Part shown: piece after piece, positions 29,611 to 39,553 of the stretch
How positions within the stretch are numbered: position 1 is the first letter of the stretch
Layout: each line of letters starts with the position of its first letter
Assembly (NCBI GenBank): GCA_048939765.1
Contig: JBHLPF010000020.1
Location: 1 to 64,000 of the forward strand
Length of the DNA stretch: 64,000 nucleotides
Direction of reading: 5' to 3'
From: Promethearchaeota archaeon
GTDB lineage: Archaea; Asgardarchaeota; Thorarchaeia; Thorarchaeales; Thorarchaeaceae
Program-made: the position numbers and the translations under genes
The notes under the pieces: model-generated
Databases searched by the model: none
What the model was told of the DNA's origin: nothing
Seen by the model: only the letters and a program-made list of their open reading frames with translations

Positions 29611-31637
29611 GCACCTCCAGATGTCTTCTCAGCCTGTTCACGGCTTCTGTGTGCTGAGATGAGACCGAGTATCTCAGCCTCTATCTGCTCTGTTGTGAAG
29701 TTTCTTCTAGAGATGGCCCCAGTCGGACAAACGACCTGACACTTCCCACATCCTGTACATAGAAGCGAGCTCACTTCCGCCAGCCCGCCTCCGTCTTCAT
29801 TGACAACCATAGATATTGCAGCGAATGGACACACCTTCTCGCAAAGACCACAGCCAATGCATAGCGTTTTATCGAGCACAGCCTTGTCCATCTGAACACG
29901 GACTGTCCCCTTGAGGACATGTGAGGCGGCTGCACTTGCTGCGGCTTTTCCATCAGCAACACTTGCTGGAATGTCCTTAGGACTCTGACAGGCTCCAGCG
30001 ATAAATACACCCCTAGACTTGGTGTTCACGGGTTCGAGCTTCGGATGTAGTTCCTTCATGAAGCCACCTTCACTCCGGTCCACTCCAATCATATGCGCCA
30101 AATGTGCTGCTCCCGGTGATGGATCGATAGCCATTGTCAAGACAACCATGTCAAAGTTCAGACGCAGTAGACTGCCTGTCCCCTGATCAAACACGGTGAA
30201 GCTGATGCTGCCGTCCTCTTCCTCCACCATGTCACTTGGAAAGCCTCGAACAAACCTCACTCCACTCTCTCTCACTCGTCTATAGAACTGCTCGTACTCC
30301 TTACCACCGGCTCTGAGCTCATGATAGATTATCCATTGTTCAATCTCATCGGGGTACAGTCTATTGGTCATCTCAGCATGTCGCAGAGTGTACATACATC
30401 CGAAGTTACAGCACCAAGACCGATGATTTTCATCCCTTGATCCTGCGCAGTTGACATACGCAATACGCTTGGGAACCCTCTCGAACTTTGGAGGCAAGAG
30501 TATCTTCCCCTCAGTTGGTCCCACAAGACTCAATAGACGACCATATTGACCTGCAGTCAACACGTTGGTGAATTTCCCTCCTCCATACTCTGGCAGCTCC
30601 TCGATGTCCATCTCTTTGTATCCAGTTGCAGCTAGGATTGCTCCAACAGTGATCTCAATCTCTTCCTCTTCCACATCGAATGAAATGGCTTCACGAGGAC
30701 ACTTCTCTTTGCAGATGGAACAACCTTCTGTCCAGTGAAGACATGATTCCCTATCGAGAAAGAACACACCTGGGACAGCCTGTGGGAACGGCTTGTATAC
30801 TGCCTTTCTCTCTCCAAGTCCAAGGTTCCACTCATCAGGACCAGTTGCAGGACAGTTACGCTCACAGGCCCCGCAGTTGATACACTCCTCCATGTTCACA
30901 TACCTAGGTTTCTTCTTGATGCGCACCTTGAAGTTACCATAGTCTCGCTCAACATCAATAACCTCTGAGTAGCTGAGCAGCTCAATGTTCTTGTGACGCT
31001 CTATTGCAGACAGCTTGGGTGAGAGAATGCACATCGAGCAGTCAAGGGTTGGAAAGGTCTTCTCCAGACGGGCCATATATCCACCAATTGATGTGTACCT
31101 CTCTACAAGGTAGACTTTGATGTCCTTGTCCGCTAGGTCAAGAGCAGCCTGTATGCCTGCAATTCCAGCACCAATCACTAGAGTACTCTTTTCCACAGGG
31201 TATTCTTCAAACCCGATGTCCTCCAGCTTCTTTGCCCGTTCAATGGCCCCCGCCACGAGGTCATATGCAATCTTGTATGCCTCCTCTGGTTTATCACCAT
31301 GAACCCATGTGTCATGCTCTCTAAGGTTTGCTTGTGCAAGGCGGAATGGGTTGAGGCCACTCTCTTCAAGTATCTCTCTGAATAATTGTTCGTGGAGCTT
31401 GGGTGTACAGGCTCCGATGACGACACCCGTGAGGTTATGCTCTTTGACCTTCGAAGCTATCGAGTCCTGTCCATCTTTTGAACAGGTGAACATGTTTGAC
31501 GTGGAAAACACAACACCAGGATAGTCCTTGAACTCTCGAGCCAGTTTCCTTACGTTGATTACACCACCAATGTTTGTCCCACAGCTGCAAATGAAGACTC
31601 CAATCCGATCTTCCTCTTTCTTCTTCTTCTTTGTCAA
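29607..31637 (-). CDS. hdrA: Heterodisulfide reductase subunit A (canonical type)
   Basis: CSCG, ACTP, GAGIAG, KTFPTLDCSMC, CAGSRD..CC..C, GKEYE, two ferredoxin domains. Confidence 0.95.
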   Translation of the reverse strand: MTKKKKKEEDRIGVFICSCGTNIGGVINVRKLAREFKDYPGVVFSTSNMFTCSKDGQDSIASKVKEHNLTGVVIGACTPKLHEQLFREILEESGLNPFRLAQANLREHDTWVHGDKPEEAYKIAYDLVAGAIERAKKLEDIGFEEYPVEKSTLVIGAGIAGIQAALDLADKDIKVYLVERYTSIGGYMARLEKTFPTLDCSMCILSPKLSAIERHKNIELLSYSEVIDVERDYGNFKVRIKKKPRYVNMEECINCGACERNCPATGPDEWNLGLGERKAVYKPFPQAVPGVFFLDRESCLHWTEGCSICKEKCPREAISFDVEEEEIEITVGAILAATGYKEMDIEELPEYGGGKFTNVLTAGQYGRLLSLVGPTEGKILLPPKFERVPKRIAYVNCAGSRDENHRSWCCNFGCMYTLRHAEMTNRLYPDEIEQWIIYHELRAGGKEYEQFYRRVRESGVRFVRGFPSDMVEEEDGSISFTVFDQGTGSLLRLNFDMVVLTMAIDPSPGAAHLAHMIGVDRSEGGFMKELHPKLEPVNTKSRGVFIAGACQSPKDIPASVADGKAAASAAASHVLKGTVRVQMDKAVLDKTLCIGCGLCEKVCPFAAISMVVNEDGGGLAEVSSLLCTGCGKCQVVCPTGAISRRNFTTEQIEAEILGLISAHRSREQAEKTSGGA

Positions 31638-32552
31638 CTAGGAGTCCACCTCCAGTTTCCCTCTGACAGGACTAGGTCCCAAATTCTTGATCCTCTCAAC
31701 AAACTCAGTCACAATCTCTGCAAACTTTACTCCCATAGCCGCTGATGCAAAGTCGATGTATAGCCTACCACCAAGACCAATATCCTCAAGCATGCTTTGC
31801 CAGAAATGAACGAAGTCAGCCTGCATGAAGTTTCCAGCCAGTGGGTCATCACCGCCATAGTGACATTCAGACAGAAGGCACCCTGTCACCAATACTCCAT
31901 CTACTCCATTCTCCAAGGCGGTCATTATCTGAATGGGTTCCACTGCGCCACTACAGGGAACTCTTACAGTGCGAATATTGGTAGGATAATGTAGATGCAT
32001 CAGTCCAGCCAGATCAGCGGCGGAATGAGAACACTCCCAACACACGAAACAGATTATGAATGGCTCCCAGTCAGACACCTCTACTGATGGAGGTGCTTCT
32101 ACCTCACCTATGACACTCACCAAGTCATAGGTCTTCTCCAGTGTGAGGCAGTCCTCTGGACAAGCCTCAACACACTTGTTACAGGCAATGCATCTTTGAG
32201 CTGACCAAATTATGGAACCGTATCCTGGAAGACCAGCGGGTACAGATACGACTTGCGTTTCACCATTCTGATTCAGCGCCTGTAACAGTGATATCAGGGA
32301 TCCACGGTTTTTAGACCTGAAACCATCCTCAGGCAATACTGCCGCTAGATAATCTGGAAGTCTCACTGATGCCTCCAAGTCAAGAGCCTCAACCTCGCAC
32401 GCCTCAATGCACTTCTTACATGCACTGCACGAAGGCGGCCTGTAACTAATGCTTCCAAATCCCTCCACTTTCTCTGGCACTTCCAGAATCTGGGTTGGCG
32501 TCTGCACTGCAATGTTCCGTATCTTCTGAATGAGTCGTTCACGCTTATCCAT
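31638..32552 (-). CDS. Ferredoxin-MvhD fusion
   Basis: Two CxxCxxCxxxC motifs, then CWEC, VPCSG, GCLLSECHY (MvhD 2Fe-2S). Confidence 0.85.
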   Translation of the reverse strand: MDKRERLIQKIRNIAVQTPTQILEVPEKVEGFGSISYRPPSCSACKKCIEACEVEALDLEASVRLPDYLAAVLPEDGFRSKNRGSLISLLQALNQNGETQVVSVPAGLPGYGSIIWSAQRCIACNKCVEACPEDCLTLEKTYDLVSVIGEVEAPPSVEVSDWEPFIICFVCWECSHSAADLAGLMHLHYPTNIRTVRVPCSGAVEPIQIMTALENGVDGVLVTGCLLSECHYGGDDPLAGNFMQADFVHFWQSMLEDIGLGGRLYIDFASAAMGVKFAEIVTEFVERIKNLGPSPVRGKLEVDS

Positions 32553-34509
32553 GCAGCCCCACCTCCTTCTGCATCTTCTCAGGCGTAGCCGCCATCATAT
32601 ATGTCGCAAGAACCTGGGCTGGGTCTTGACCTATCTCACGTAACAAATCCTTGGTAAGGCGTACAACAAGCTCTGAGTGATGATCACCGCTCTGGTGATG
32701 ACATCCGCCAGGTGGACAGTGTGCCACAATGACTCGCTCCGCTCCTACAATCAGGCCCTTTAGAATCTCAATAGGGGAAACCATCCCAGCACAAGGGAAC
32801 TGAATCACATAGGTTCCTGTAGAATAGATCTTTCCAGCAAAACCAGCTTGGTCCACAGACGCGTTGGCACACTCACTACACGCGTAGATGAGTGTGAATG
32901 GGTTCTTCTTCTCAAGACGCTTGTGGGTCTTAGCTATCATCTCGAGTCTCGCAAACCAGCTCTCCTTGCTGTGTGATTGGAACTCAATAGCACGGGTTGG
33001 ACAGGATGACACACAGATACCACAGAACTCACAGTGTGCAGGAATGTGAATCACTTTGTCATCGTACAGACGTAATGCATCATTGGGACAGGCCTCAATA
33101 CAGGCCTTACAAGCATCACATGTTTCGTCATCGATGACAGGCATCCATCCAGAACGCTGTAAGGGAGTCTTGACTATCTTTAGGGCCTCCAAGACGGCAT
33201 TCTGAGCCGAAGCCAATGCATGTGAGAGGCCCATTGGCATCTTCGCCCCTCCTGCCACAAACATACCCCTTCTTGAGGTCTGTACTGGTTTCATCTTGTC
33301 GTACCTAGTCTTGATGAAGTTGTGATCATTGCGTTCCAGACCAAGTGTGGTTGCCAAGCGGGCCGTGTCGCTGACTGGGCTGACCACCTGAAACACTGCG
33401 ATGGTATCCACGGTGACCTCTCTCTCCATCGATTCGAGCGTGCTGTCAATAAGGCATGTCATACCCTCATCGTGTTCCTTGACCTTGGTCAACCCACCAC
33501 GTACAAAGATCACTCCGGAGTCCCTGGCTTTTCGATAGAGATTCTCGTCCTCTGTCCTGATGCTTGAATGGGAAACAAAGACAGTGTTTCCTAGACTAGC
33601 AAGAAACTCAGCTGATCTCAGGAGATGACTCCCCTCAGCTGAGCACATCTGGACGTCGGGATCGGTCACGACCAAGATGGTCGAGTTCCCCTTTACATCC
33701 TTCTTCCTGGGTCTCCTGACTAGGCTCTGAAGAGTCACAACCCTGTCGGATTTCCCATAGCGACACTTCCTTGCTATGCCAGGGAGGTAGTACTCAGTGC
33801 CTGTAGCGATTATGACCGCTCCATAGTCCTGCGTGGTCATGACGCCATTGGAGTCTTTCAAGGTGATCTCGTACGATCCCATCTGCCCTTGGACCTCTTG
33901 CACAGAACCCTGGACGCGCTCCACCTTAGTGAGTGATTTCTGAAGGGCCTCAAGTTCTTGTGTTAGCAACTCCCCCTCACCCATGTACAGAGAGGCTTCA
34001 TAATACTTGTCATCATTCTGATCCATTGGCTCAAGAAGAGTAACTCCCAGATTCAGATGTTTAAGATCTGATGCAGCTCGTAGACCAGCAATCCCGCCTC
34101 CAATAACAAGGACCCTTTCAATCACATTCTCCCTGAATTCAGTCGGTGGTTCGATATAGTCCAGCTTTACTGCAGCATCAGATAGAAGGACGATGGCCTT
34201 GTTTGTCGCAGACTTACCCCCATCTGGATGAACCCAAGCTACGTGTTCTCTGAGAGGTACAAAAGAAATGAGTTCATGCTTGGTAGTCTGTTTCACTGGA
34301 ATACCAATGATTTGAGAACTGCATGCTCCAATCGCCACGCTATCATCCTTTGAGAGGCTCATTTTGAGCTTGGATAGTCCTTCCTCCAAACAGAGACTGT
34401 CAACAGTTTCAATGATGTCAAAGGTCTTTGCCAGCTCCTTCTCAATCTTAGAGAAGTCCAATGTCCGATTGAGTGTCTTGTTGCAGGTGCAGAGAAACAG
34501 CTTCTTCAT
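32545..34509 (-). CDS. Divergent HdrA-like protein fused to MvhD
   Basis: CTC, ACS, GGGIAG, ferredoxin, then CSEC/FPCAG/CPPGGCHH. Confidence 0.82.
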   Translation of the reverse strand: MKKLFLCTCNKTLNRTLDFSKIEKELAKTFDIIETVDSLCLEEGLSKLKMSLSKDDSVAIGACSSQIIGIPVKQTTKHELISFVPLREHVAWVHPDGGKSATNKAIVLLSDAAVKLDYIEPPTEFRENVIERVLVIGGGIAGLRAASDLKHLNLGVTLLEPMDQNDDKYYEASLYMGEGELLTQELEALQKSLTKVERVQGSVQEVQGQMGSYEITLKDSNGVMTTQDYGAVIIATGTEYYLPGIARKCRYGKSDRVVTLQSLVRRPRKKDVKGNSTILVVTDPDVQMCSAEGSHLLRSAEFLASLGNTVFVSHSSIRTEDENLYRKARDSGVIFVRGGLTKVKEHDEGMTCLIDSTLESMEREVTVDTIAVFQVVSPVSDTARLATTLGLERNDHNFIKTRYDKMKPVQTSRRGMFVAGGAKMPMGLSHALASAQNAVLEALKIVKTPLQRSGWMPVIDDETCDACKACIEACPNDALRLYDDKVIHIPAHCEFCGICVSSCPTRAIEFQSHSKESWFARLEMIAKTHKRLEKKNPFTLIYACSECANASVDQAGFAGKIYSTGTYVIQFPCAGMVSPIEILKGLIVGAERVIVAHCPPGGCHHQSGDHHSELVVRLTKDLLREIGQDPAQVLATYMMAATPEKMQKEVGLHG

Positions 34510-35775
34510 CTAGGCACCCCCTAAGTCCATGTAGACCTGTAATGCCACAGAGTTTGCCTCAGTTACACTCGTGGGGATGTCAGTAGGTCCTGTTGATGTC
34601 CCACAAGCATAGATCCCTTTCTTGGAGGCCTGACGGGAGACGAATCCATACTGGTCAAGCATTGCCATGAATTCTTCATTCTCAGATGCGAGAGGGATGA
34701 GGGGTGAGGCCAATACAACAAGGTCTGACTCAAGCTCAAGTCGTTTCTTCGACTCGGTGTCCTCCACAACTGTGACCGGAGCCTCATTTCGGATGATGAC
34801 GTGGTCAGGCTTTCCTCGCACAAAGCTGACCCCTAGCTCTCTTGCTAGATCGAGATAGTGCTGACTATGAGGCGGGATTCGGAGGTCCATGTAGCATATA
34901 GTAACGTTGACCCCTAGACCTCTCAGCATGGTTGCATGCTTCAAGCTATATGTACAGCAAGCCTGTGAACAATACTCGACCGCGTTCAGGTCCCTACTGC
35001 CTGCACACAGAACCATCGTGACGGATTCCACTGGATTTCCTGAGGAGGTGAGGACTGAACCATTTGTAGGCCCTGTCGAGTCAAGAAGACGAGCTAACTC
35101 TCGTTGAGTAAGGATATCGTCGCACTCGCCATATGCATATCCGGGAAGCGAGATTGGATTTCTCTCCTCCACACCAGTCGCAATGACCACTGCATCAGCC
35201 TTCACAGTATGGCTCTTGGCTTTCTGTTCTAGATTGATGGCATCCACTCCGCAGACCTCAACACATTTCCCGCACTTGTTGCAAGACTCGATGTCAATCA
35301 CTGGGATGAGTGGGGCTCCCTGTGGAATTGGTCTGTAGATGGCCTTCCGCTGGCTCTTCCCGAGGTTCAGCGCGTCTGGTACCTCAACAGGACAGACGTT
35401 GATGCACTCCAAACACACGACACATCTGTCTGTCGAAATGAGCCTCGGAGCGGTCCGGAGGGATACAGAAAACTTACCTCCATCCTTCTTTATGGATTTG
35501 ACATCGGTCAATGTATGGAGTGTCAACCCCTTCTGTAGACCAAGTAGGCTCCTATATTGACAACGACGATGTTTCCCATCATACAATTCCTCACAAACAT
35601 CAAGGCAAAGTGCACAGTCGTCAGTAGGAAAGACCTTGCCAAGATGAGTCGAGAGACCCCCCACTGTTGCTTCCTTCTCTACCAGATGAACTCTCAACCT
35701 GAGATCTGAAAGCTGTTGAGCGACCTGTATGCCTGCAAGTCCAGCTCCAATCACAACTACAGTCTTCGTCGTCAT
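34510..35775 (-). CDS. Short HdrA-like flavoprotein lacking the N- and C-terminal domains
   Basis: GAGLAG, KVFPTDDCALC, inserted ferredoxin, CAGSRD..CSQACC. Confidence 0.82.
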   Translation of the reverse strand: MTTKTVVVIGAGLAGIQVAQQLSDLRLRVHLVEKEATVGGLSTHLGKVFPTDDCALCLDVCEELYDGKHRRCQYRSLLGLQKGLTLHTLTDVKSIKKDGGKFSVSLRTAPRLISTDRCVVCLECINVCPVEVPDALNLGKSQRKAIYRPIPQGAPLIPVIDIESCNKCGKCVEVCGVDAINLEQKAKSHTVKADAVVIATGVEERNPISLPGYAYGECDDILTQRELARLLDSTGPTNGSVLTSSGNPVESVTMVLCAGSRDLNAVEYCSQACCTYSLKHATMLRGLGVNVTICYMDLRIPPHSQHYLDLARELGVSFVRGKPDHVIIRNEAPVTVVEDTESKKRLELESDLVVLASPLIPLASENEEFMAMLDQYGFVSRQASKKGIYACGTSTGPTDIPTSVTEANSVALQVYMDLGGA

Positions 35776-36674
35776 TTGCCAACCTCCATCTTCTCCAACA
35801 GAGGCTGGATTTTCACTCTATGATACCTTCTGGAATTATCAACAACAAGATCTGTCAGTCCCATTGCAAGAGCGAGCATCTCTCCTAAGTATAGAACAGG
35901 CAGACTGAATTCTGGATCCAAGTACTCGATGACCTTCTTCTGCTGCATCTCCATCTGGGTGTAGCAGGTTGGACATACCAACACTATGGCATCTGCACCA
36001 GCGTCTCTTATCTTTTCCAGCTTCTTGGCTGTCAGGGCAAGAGATTTGGACTCATCCGAAGGGGAGATTGGTGCTCCACAGCATGCCATCTTGTCAGGAT
36101 AGTCTATCGGATTGGCACCTGTCACCTCAATCAAATCATCCATCCACCTCGGGTCCTCTGCATCATCCATATGAGTCGCATCAATTGGCCTTACAAGATG
36201 ACACCCATAGTGAGCAGCAATTGAGAGATTCTTGAGAGGCTGAACTATGTTCTTTCTAATCTTGTCTAGACCCACGTCCTCATGCAATACATGTAGAATG
36301 TTCTTCACGCTGACTTCTCCTGTGGCCTCCATTCCAATCTTGTTCAGTCGTTTGTTTATACGCTCGCGAATTTCGCTGTCGGATTGCAGTGTGTGCCTGA
36401 CTAAAGCCAAAGTATGGAAGCAGCCACTGCATAATGCCACCGTGTCTCTTCCAGTGCCCTCACTGACTGCAATGTTTCTAGCTCCAATTGTGAGCCATGC
36501 TTCAAAATCCACACCAGTGAAAGTTGTTGGTTCTGGGCAACAAGTATGTCCTTCATCAGCGATAAGCTCGATATTCAGTCGGCTTAGAACCTCCCGCATC
36601 GTTAGCTCGAAGTGTGGGAGTCTGAATGGGATCATACAGCCAGGGAAGTATGTATATTCAATGGCTTTACTCAT
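35772..36674 (-). CDS. hdrB: Heterodisulfide reductase subunit B (second copy)
   Basis: FPGC, CCP, CSGC, HYGCH, CCG, CPTC. Confidence 0.9.
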   Translation of the reverse strand: MSKAIEYTYFPGCMIPFRLPHFELTMREVLSRLNIELIADEGHTCCPEPTTFTGVDFEAWLTIGARNIAVSEGTGRDTVALCSGCFHTLALVRHTLQSDSEIRERINKRLNKIGMEATGEVSVKNILHVLHEDVGLDKIRKNIVQPLKNLSIAAHYGCHLVRPIDATHMDDAEDPRWMDDLIEVTGANPIDYPDKMACCGAPISPSDESKSLALTAKKLEKIRDAGADAIVLVCPTCYTQMEMQQKKVIEYLDPEFSLPVLYLGEMLALAMGLTDLVVDNSRRYHRVKIQPLLEKMEVGK

Positions 36675-37185
36675 CGACATCATCTCCTTCGATTGAATCG
36701 AGCCTCTTAGCAAGCCCTAGTTCCTTGAGTACCTTAGAAAGCTGCTCAACTGGAGGACTTCCTAGAGATGGAAGCCCCATTTTATCGCGGGTCTTGAGCA
36801 TGGGGTCACTAACTTGGATTGTTCTTCCCTGTGACATAATAGAGCGAGCGCGTTCTAGAGCTATCTGAGGTGTATTTCCAATCGCTAGACCTCTGACCTT
36901 GGCAAGGATCAGAATCTGAGGTATTTTCACATGCTCAGGACATCGTACCTCACATTGCTCACAGGTAAGACAGGACCAGATGAGTTGATTCTCCGTTAAG
37001 GAATCATCAGCAAAGATGACTTTCTCAAGGAAAAGACGAGGATTGAAAGATGAATCAATCTCAGCGACAGGACAGGCACTAGTGCATCGCCCACACTGAT
37101 AGCATCTAAGCAGTGTTTCTCCTTCTGGTTGTTGGAGAATCCAGTTTCTAAATACAAGGTCAGACGATATGTTACTGGAAGCCAT
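36667..37185 (-). CDS. hdrC: Heterodisulfide reductase subunit C (second copy)
   Basis: CYQCGRCTSACP, CLTCEQCEVRCP. Confidence 0.9.
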   Translation of the reverse strand: MASSNISSDLVFRNWILQQPEGETLLRCYQCGRCTSACPVAEIDSSFNPRLFLEKVIFADDSLTENQLIWSCLTCEQCEVRCPEHVKIPQILILAKVRGLAIGNTPQIALERARSIMSQGRTIQVSDPMLKTRDKMGLPSLGSPPVEQLSKVLKELGLAKRLDSIEGDDVDE

Positions 37186-37245
37186 ATACAGCAACTCCGT
37201 TTTATGGATGTGCAATAAGAGAGGTCATCGAAGTCACATCTGAAT

Positions 37246-37265
37246 GAGTGAATCAGAATTCATAA
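37246..37265. promoter_or_regulatory. TGAAT-N4-ATTCATAA palindrome upstream of the hdr operon
   Basis: GAGTGAATCAGAATTCATAA. Confidence 0.6.
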
Positions 37266-37312
37266 CTCCATTATTTGGGTGTTTGGATTCTCTTTTATGA
37301 GAGAGCAATAGG

Positions 37313-37389
37313 ATGGAAGGGTGCTCAGGACCGCGAGAGGGACGTTTCTCGAATACTCTATCTCACCGGCGTCTACGCATCTCTCTACC
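37313..37389 (-). repeat. Dispersed ~78-bp repeat, copy A
   Basis: ATGGAAGGGTGCTCAG...AATACTCTATCTCACCG...TCTCTCTACC; abuts the stop codon at 37390. Confidence 0.85.
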
Positions 37390-38211
37390 TTAAGAGATGG
37401 ATGAATCAATAATACGCCTAACACTCAGCAGCATATTATACCCACGTGTAAGCAATTTCGTCGAATCATGACTCCAAATCTTGCTAGCATGACCCCATTT
37501 GAATTTCAATTCACCATATCTCTTAGAGAGAATCGCGTATCGCTTCTTTAGGGTCTTGGGTTGCGTCCCGGTTCCTTTGGCTTGATCGCGCAAGTCTTTG
37601 GCTAGCGTTTCGAAGGATGTGAAATCATGTGATAACGTACGAGCAACGGCATTATGTATTTCGGACGGATGATCAATTATTCTGAGTCGTGACCATCTGA
37701 ACGCCTCTGCTCCTAGACCACGTAACTCCTCACTCAGTTTCCTTGAATCCATTAGCACATACTTTTCATCGGATTCCAGTAGTCTTCGTCTTTCCTTTGA
37801 TTTCAGAACAGGAAATAAGAGGACGCCGGGTCGTAATCGAATCGAAGTTGATCTTCGAACTAATCGCTCTACTCTCTTCTTCTGGGTGGCAGTAGGATTC
37901 CTGAAACGATAGGAAACGACTGAATAAACACGTCTGTCACCTGCTTCTCCTCCATGTTCACTGACACTCGGAATCTCACGTGCTTTCTTGAAGGCAATCG
38001 TCGGTAAGTCCTGTAAAGGTGATTTCTCAGTAGAAGTTTGGCTTTGAATAAGAAATGCACCCCTTCCGACTCTAACTGCGTTCCCGAGAGATCTGAGCTT
38101 CCTTGCAGACGCTCTTATTATCTTGGCATTGCCCAGAATTACAACAAGCTGTGACTGCCCCTTCATTGTGACATTGATTGCAGTGGAATCAGATACATCT
38201 GCATCGCTCAC
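37390..38211 (-). CDS. Basic hypothetical protein, possibly PaaX-central/ChrB-N-like ferredoxin fold plus helical tail
   Basis: VVSYRF...RVERLVRR...RLRPGVLLFP pattern. Confidence 0.5.
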   Translation of the reverse strand: MSDADVSDSTAINVTMKGQSQLVVILGNAKIIRASARKLRSLGNAVRVGRGAFLIQSQTSTEKSPLQDLPTIAFKKAREIPSVSEHGGEAGDRRVYSVVSYRFRNPTATQKKRVERLVRRSTSIRLRPGVLLFPVLKSKERRRLLESDEKYVLMDSRKLSEELRGLGAEAFRWSRLRIIDHPSEIHNAVARTLSHDFTSFETLAKDLRDQAKGTGTQPKTLKKRYAILSKRYGELKFKWGHASKIWSHDSTKLLTRGYNMLLSVRRIIDSSIS

Positions 38212-38451
38212 AATACATCAGTTCTCCGAAACGACAAATAGTGACACACCTTCGCGCATGTCATATCTGCTAATATTCTTGTCTACGAGGTCTATAACCA
38301 CTTTTAACAATTAACCAACTTGATAACGGAGATTATTCGATAAATAGTGCTCATTGGCCTTTGATTCTGAGTTTGGAGCGTCATTCAGTCCATAATTTCC
38401 ATGGTCATTTTTTACTCCTTTTTTGGGCAGCATAGTCAAGAGGTGAACTTC

Positions 38452-38532
38452 ATGTGCTTTGACGATGAAGACATCTGGGCCGATGATGACGACGATTGGG
38501 ACGACGATGACTGGGATGACGATGACGAATAG
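38452..38532 (+). CDS. 26-aa poly-acidic Trp-repeat micro-peptide
   Basis: MCFDDEDIWADDDDDWDDDDWDDDDE; GAGGTGA RBS 5 nt upstream. Confidence 0.7.
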   Translation: MCFDDEDIWADDDDDWDDDDWDDDDE

Positions 38533-38606
38533 TCTGAGTCAGATCTGATTCATCAATCTCATCCGTTGTCACTTCGTGTTTCTGAATTAAAAGGAGATAA
38601 CCTAAA

Positions 38607-38681
38607 ATGGCAAAGAAGAAACCAGCTACAAAGAAGAAGAAAGCCGAACCAAAGGCGGCTCCTGCCAAGAAGAAGAAATAG
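38607..38681 (+). CDS. 24-aa Lys/Ala/Pro-rich histone-H1-like micro-peptide
   Basis: MAKKKPATKKKKAEPKAAPAKKKK; AAGGAGA RBS upstream. Confidence 0.72.
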   Translation: MAKKKPATKKKKAEPKAAPAKKKK

Positions 38682-38756
38682 CAGCATGCTGTAGGATGGG
38701 CTCATAGCTCATCCAGACTGCTGTTGAACTTCAGACTTTTTCTCATTTTGTTTTCA
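38682..38756 (+). terminator. Hairpin plus T-rich tract after the micro-peptide pair
   Basis: GGATGGGCT-cat-AGCTCATCC stem (38694-38714) with outer CAGCA/TGCTG, then TTTTTCTCATTTTGTTTT. Confidence 0.55.
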
Positions 38757-39143
38757 CATTAGTTGACGAGAGGACAGGATGCCCACCAGGTGCCATGGAA
38801 ACTTCCTCGGATAGGCCTTTTTTCCGACGCAGCGAGGAGTGTTTCATCTTCCGACCCATCATTCATTAGCGGGATAGAATCCAATGCTAAATAGGAACTC
38901 CTCCAGCCAGCATGCTGATGCAGATAATCATGGATAATAGAAAGATTGTCAACAACAGCACATAATATGAGAAGAACTCTTCGACAGTCATTGTATCATC
39001 TTTCGCGCGGTACCCTCGCTTTGGTCTTCTTTGACTCTTCCTCTACATGATATGAGCTGGTTTGACCGGAGCGGTTCTCTTTTGATTTGTGACTGTGCTC
39101 ATCGTTTCCCGAGCAGCTCCATCTTCATGTTTTCATCTATTCA

Positions 39144-39515
39144 TCATGAGCTGTAGTGTGTAGTGAATGAGCCAGAATATTCAATGGGCCGCATAGACCA
39201 TTCCGATGCGATCGCATCTGTTTGATATGACGTCTTGACCGGGGGCATCCAAGTTTGTGGGTACATCCAGATCTCAACTATACTCCCCGTGAAGCCTGCA
39301 GACTCTGGAACGCGGCCACGCAAAGTGTTCCTGTATACTGACAGCTGAATCCTATAGTTGGCTATAGTTCCATTCTTCAGGGTAACGCCTCCCTTATAGC
39401 TCCCTGATTTGAGACCATAGAATTCTTTCACATATTTAGGCACGTAGAACAAGTGGTAGTGTCCTGCACCTTTCCTCAATCTTGACAGAAATCTCAAAGG
39501 CATTCTAGACTTCAC
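39144..39515 (-). CDS. Basic hypothetical protein with an AbrB/MazE-like N-terminal pattern
   Basis: FYVPKYVKEFYGLKSG. Confidence 0.45.
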   Translation of the reverse strand: MKSRMPLRFLSRLRKGAGHYHLFYVPKYVKEFYGLKSGSYKGGVTLKNGTIANYRIQLSVYRNTLRGRVPESAGFTGSIVEIWMYPQTWMPPVKTSYQTDAIASEWSMRPIEYSGSFTTHYSS

Positions 39516-39553
39516 CTCACTCTCAGCTCTGAATCAGACAGTATCAGAACTAG

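Noticed and set aside
38450-38668. 72-aa minus-strand ORF
   Set aside because: It is the antisense shadow of the two plus-strand micro-ORFs, which have clear RBSs
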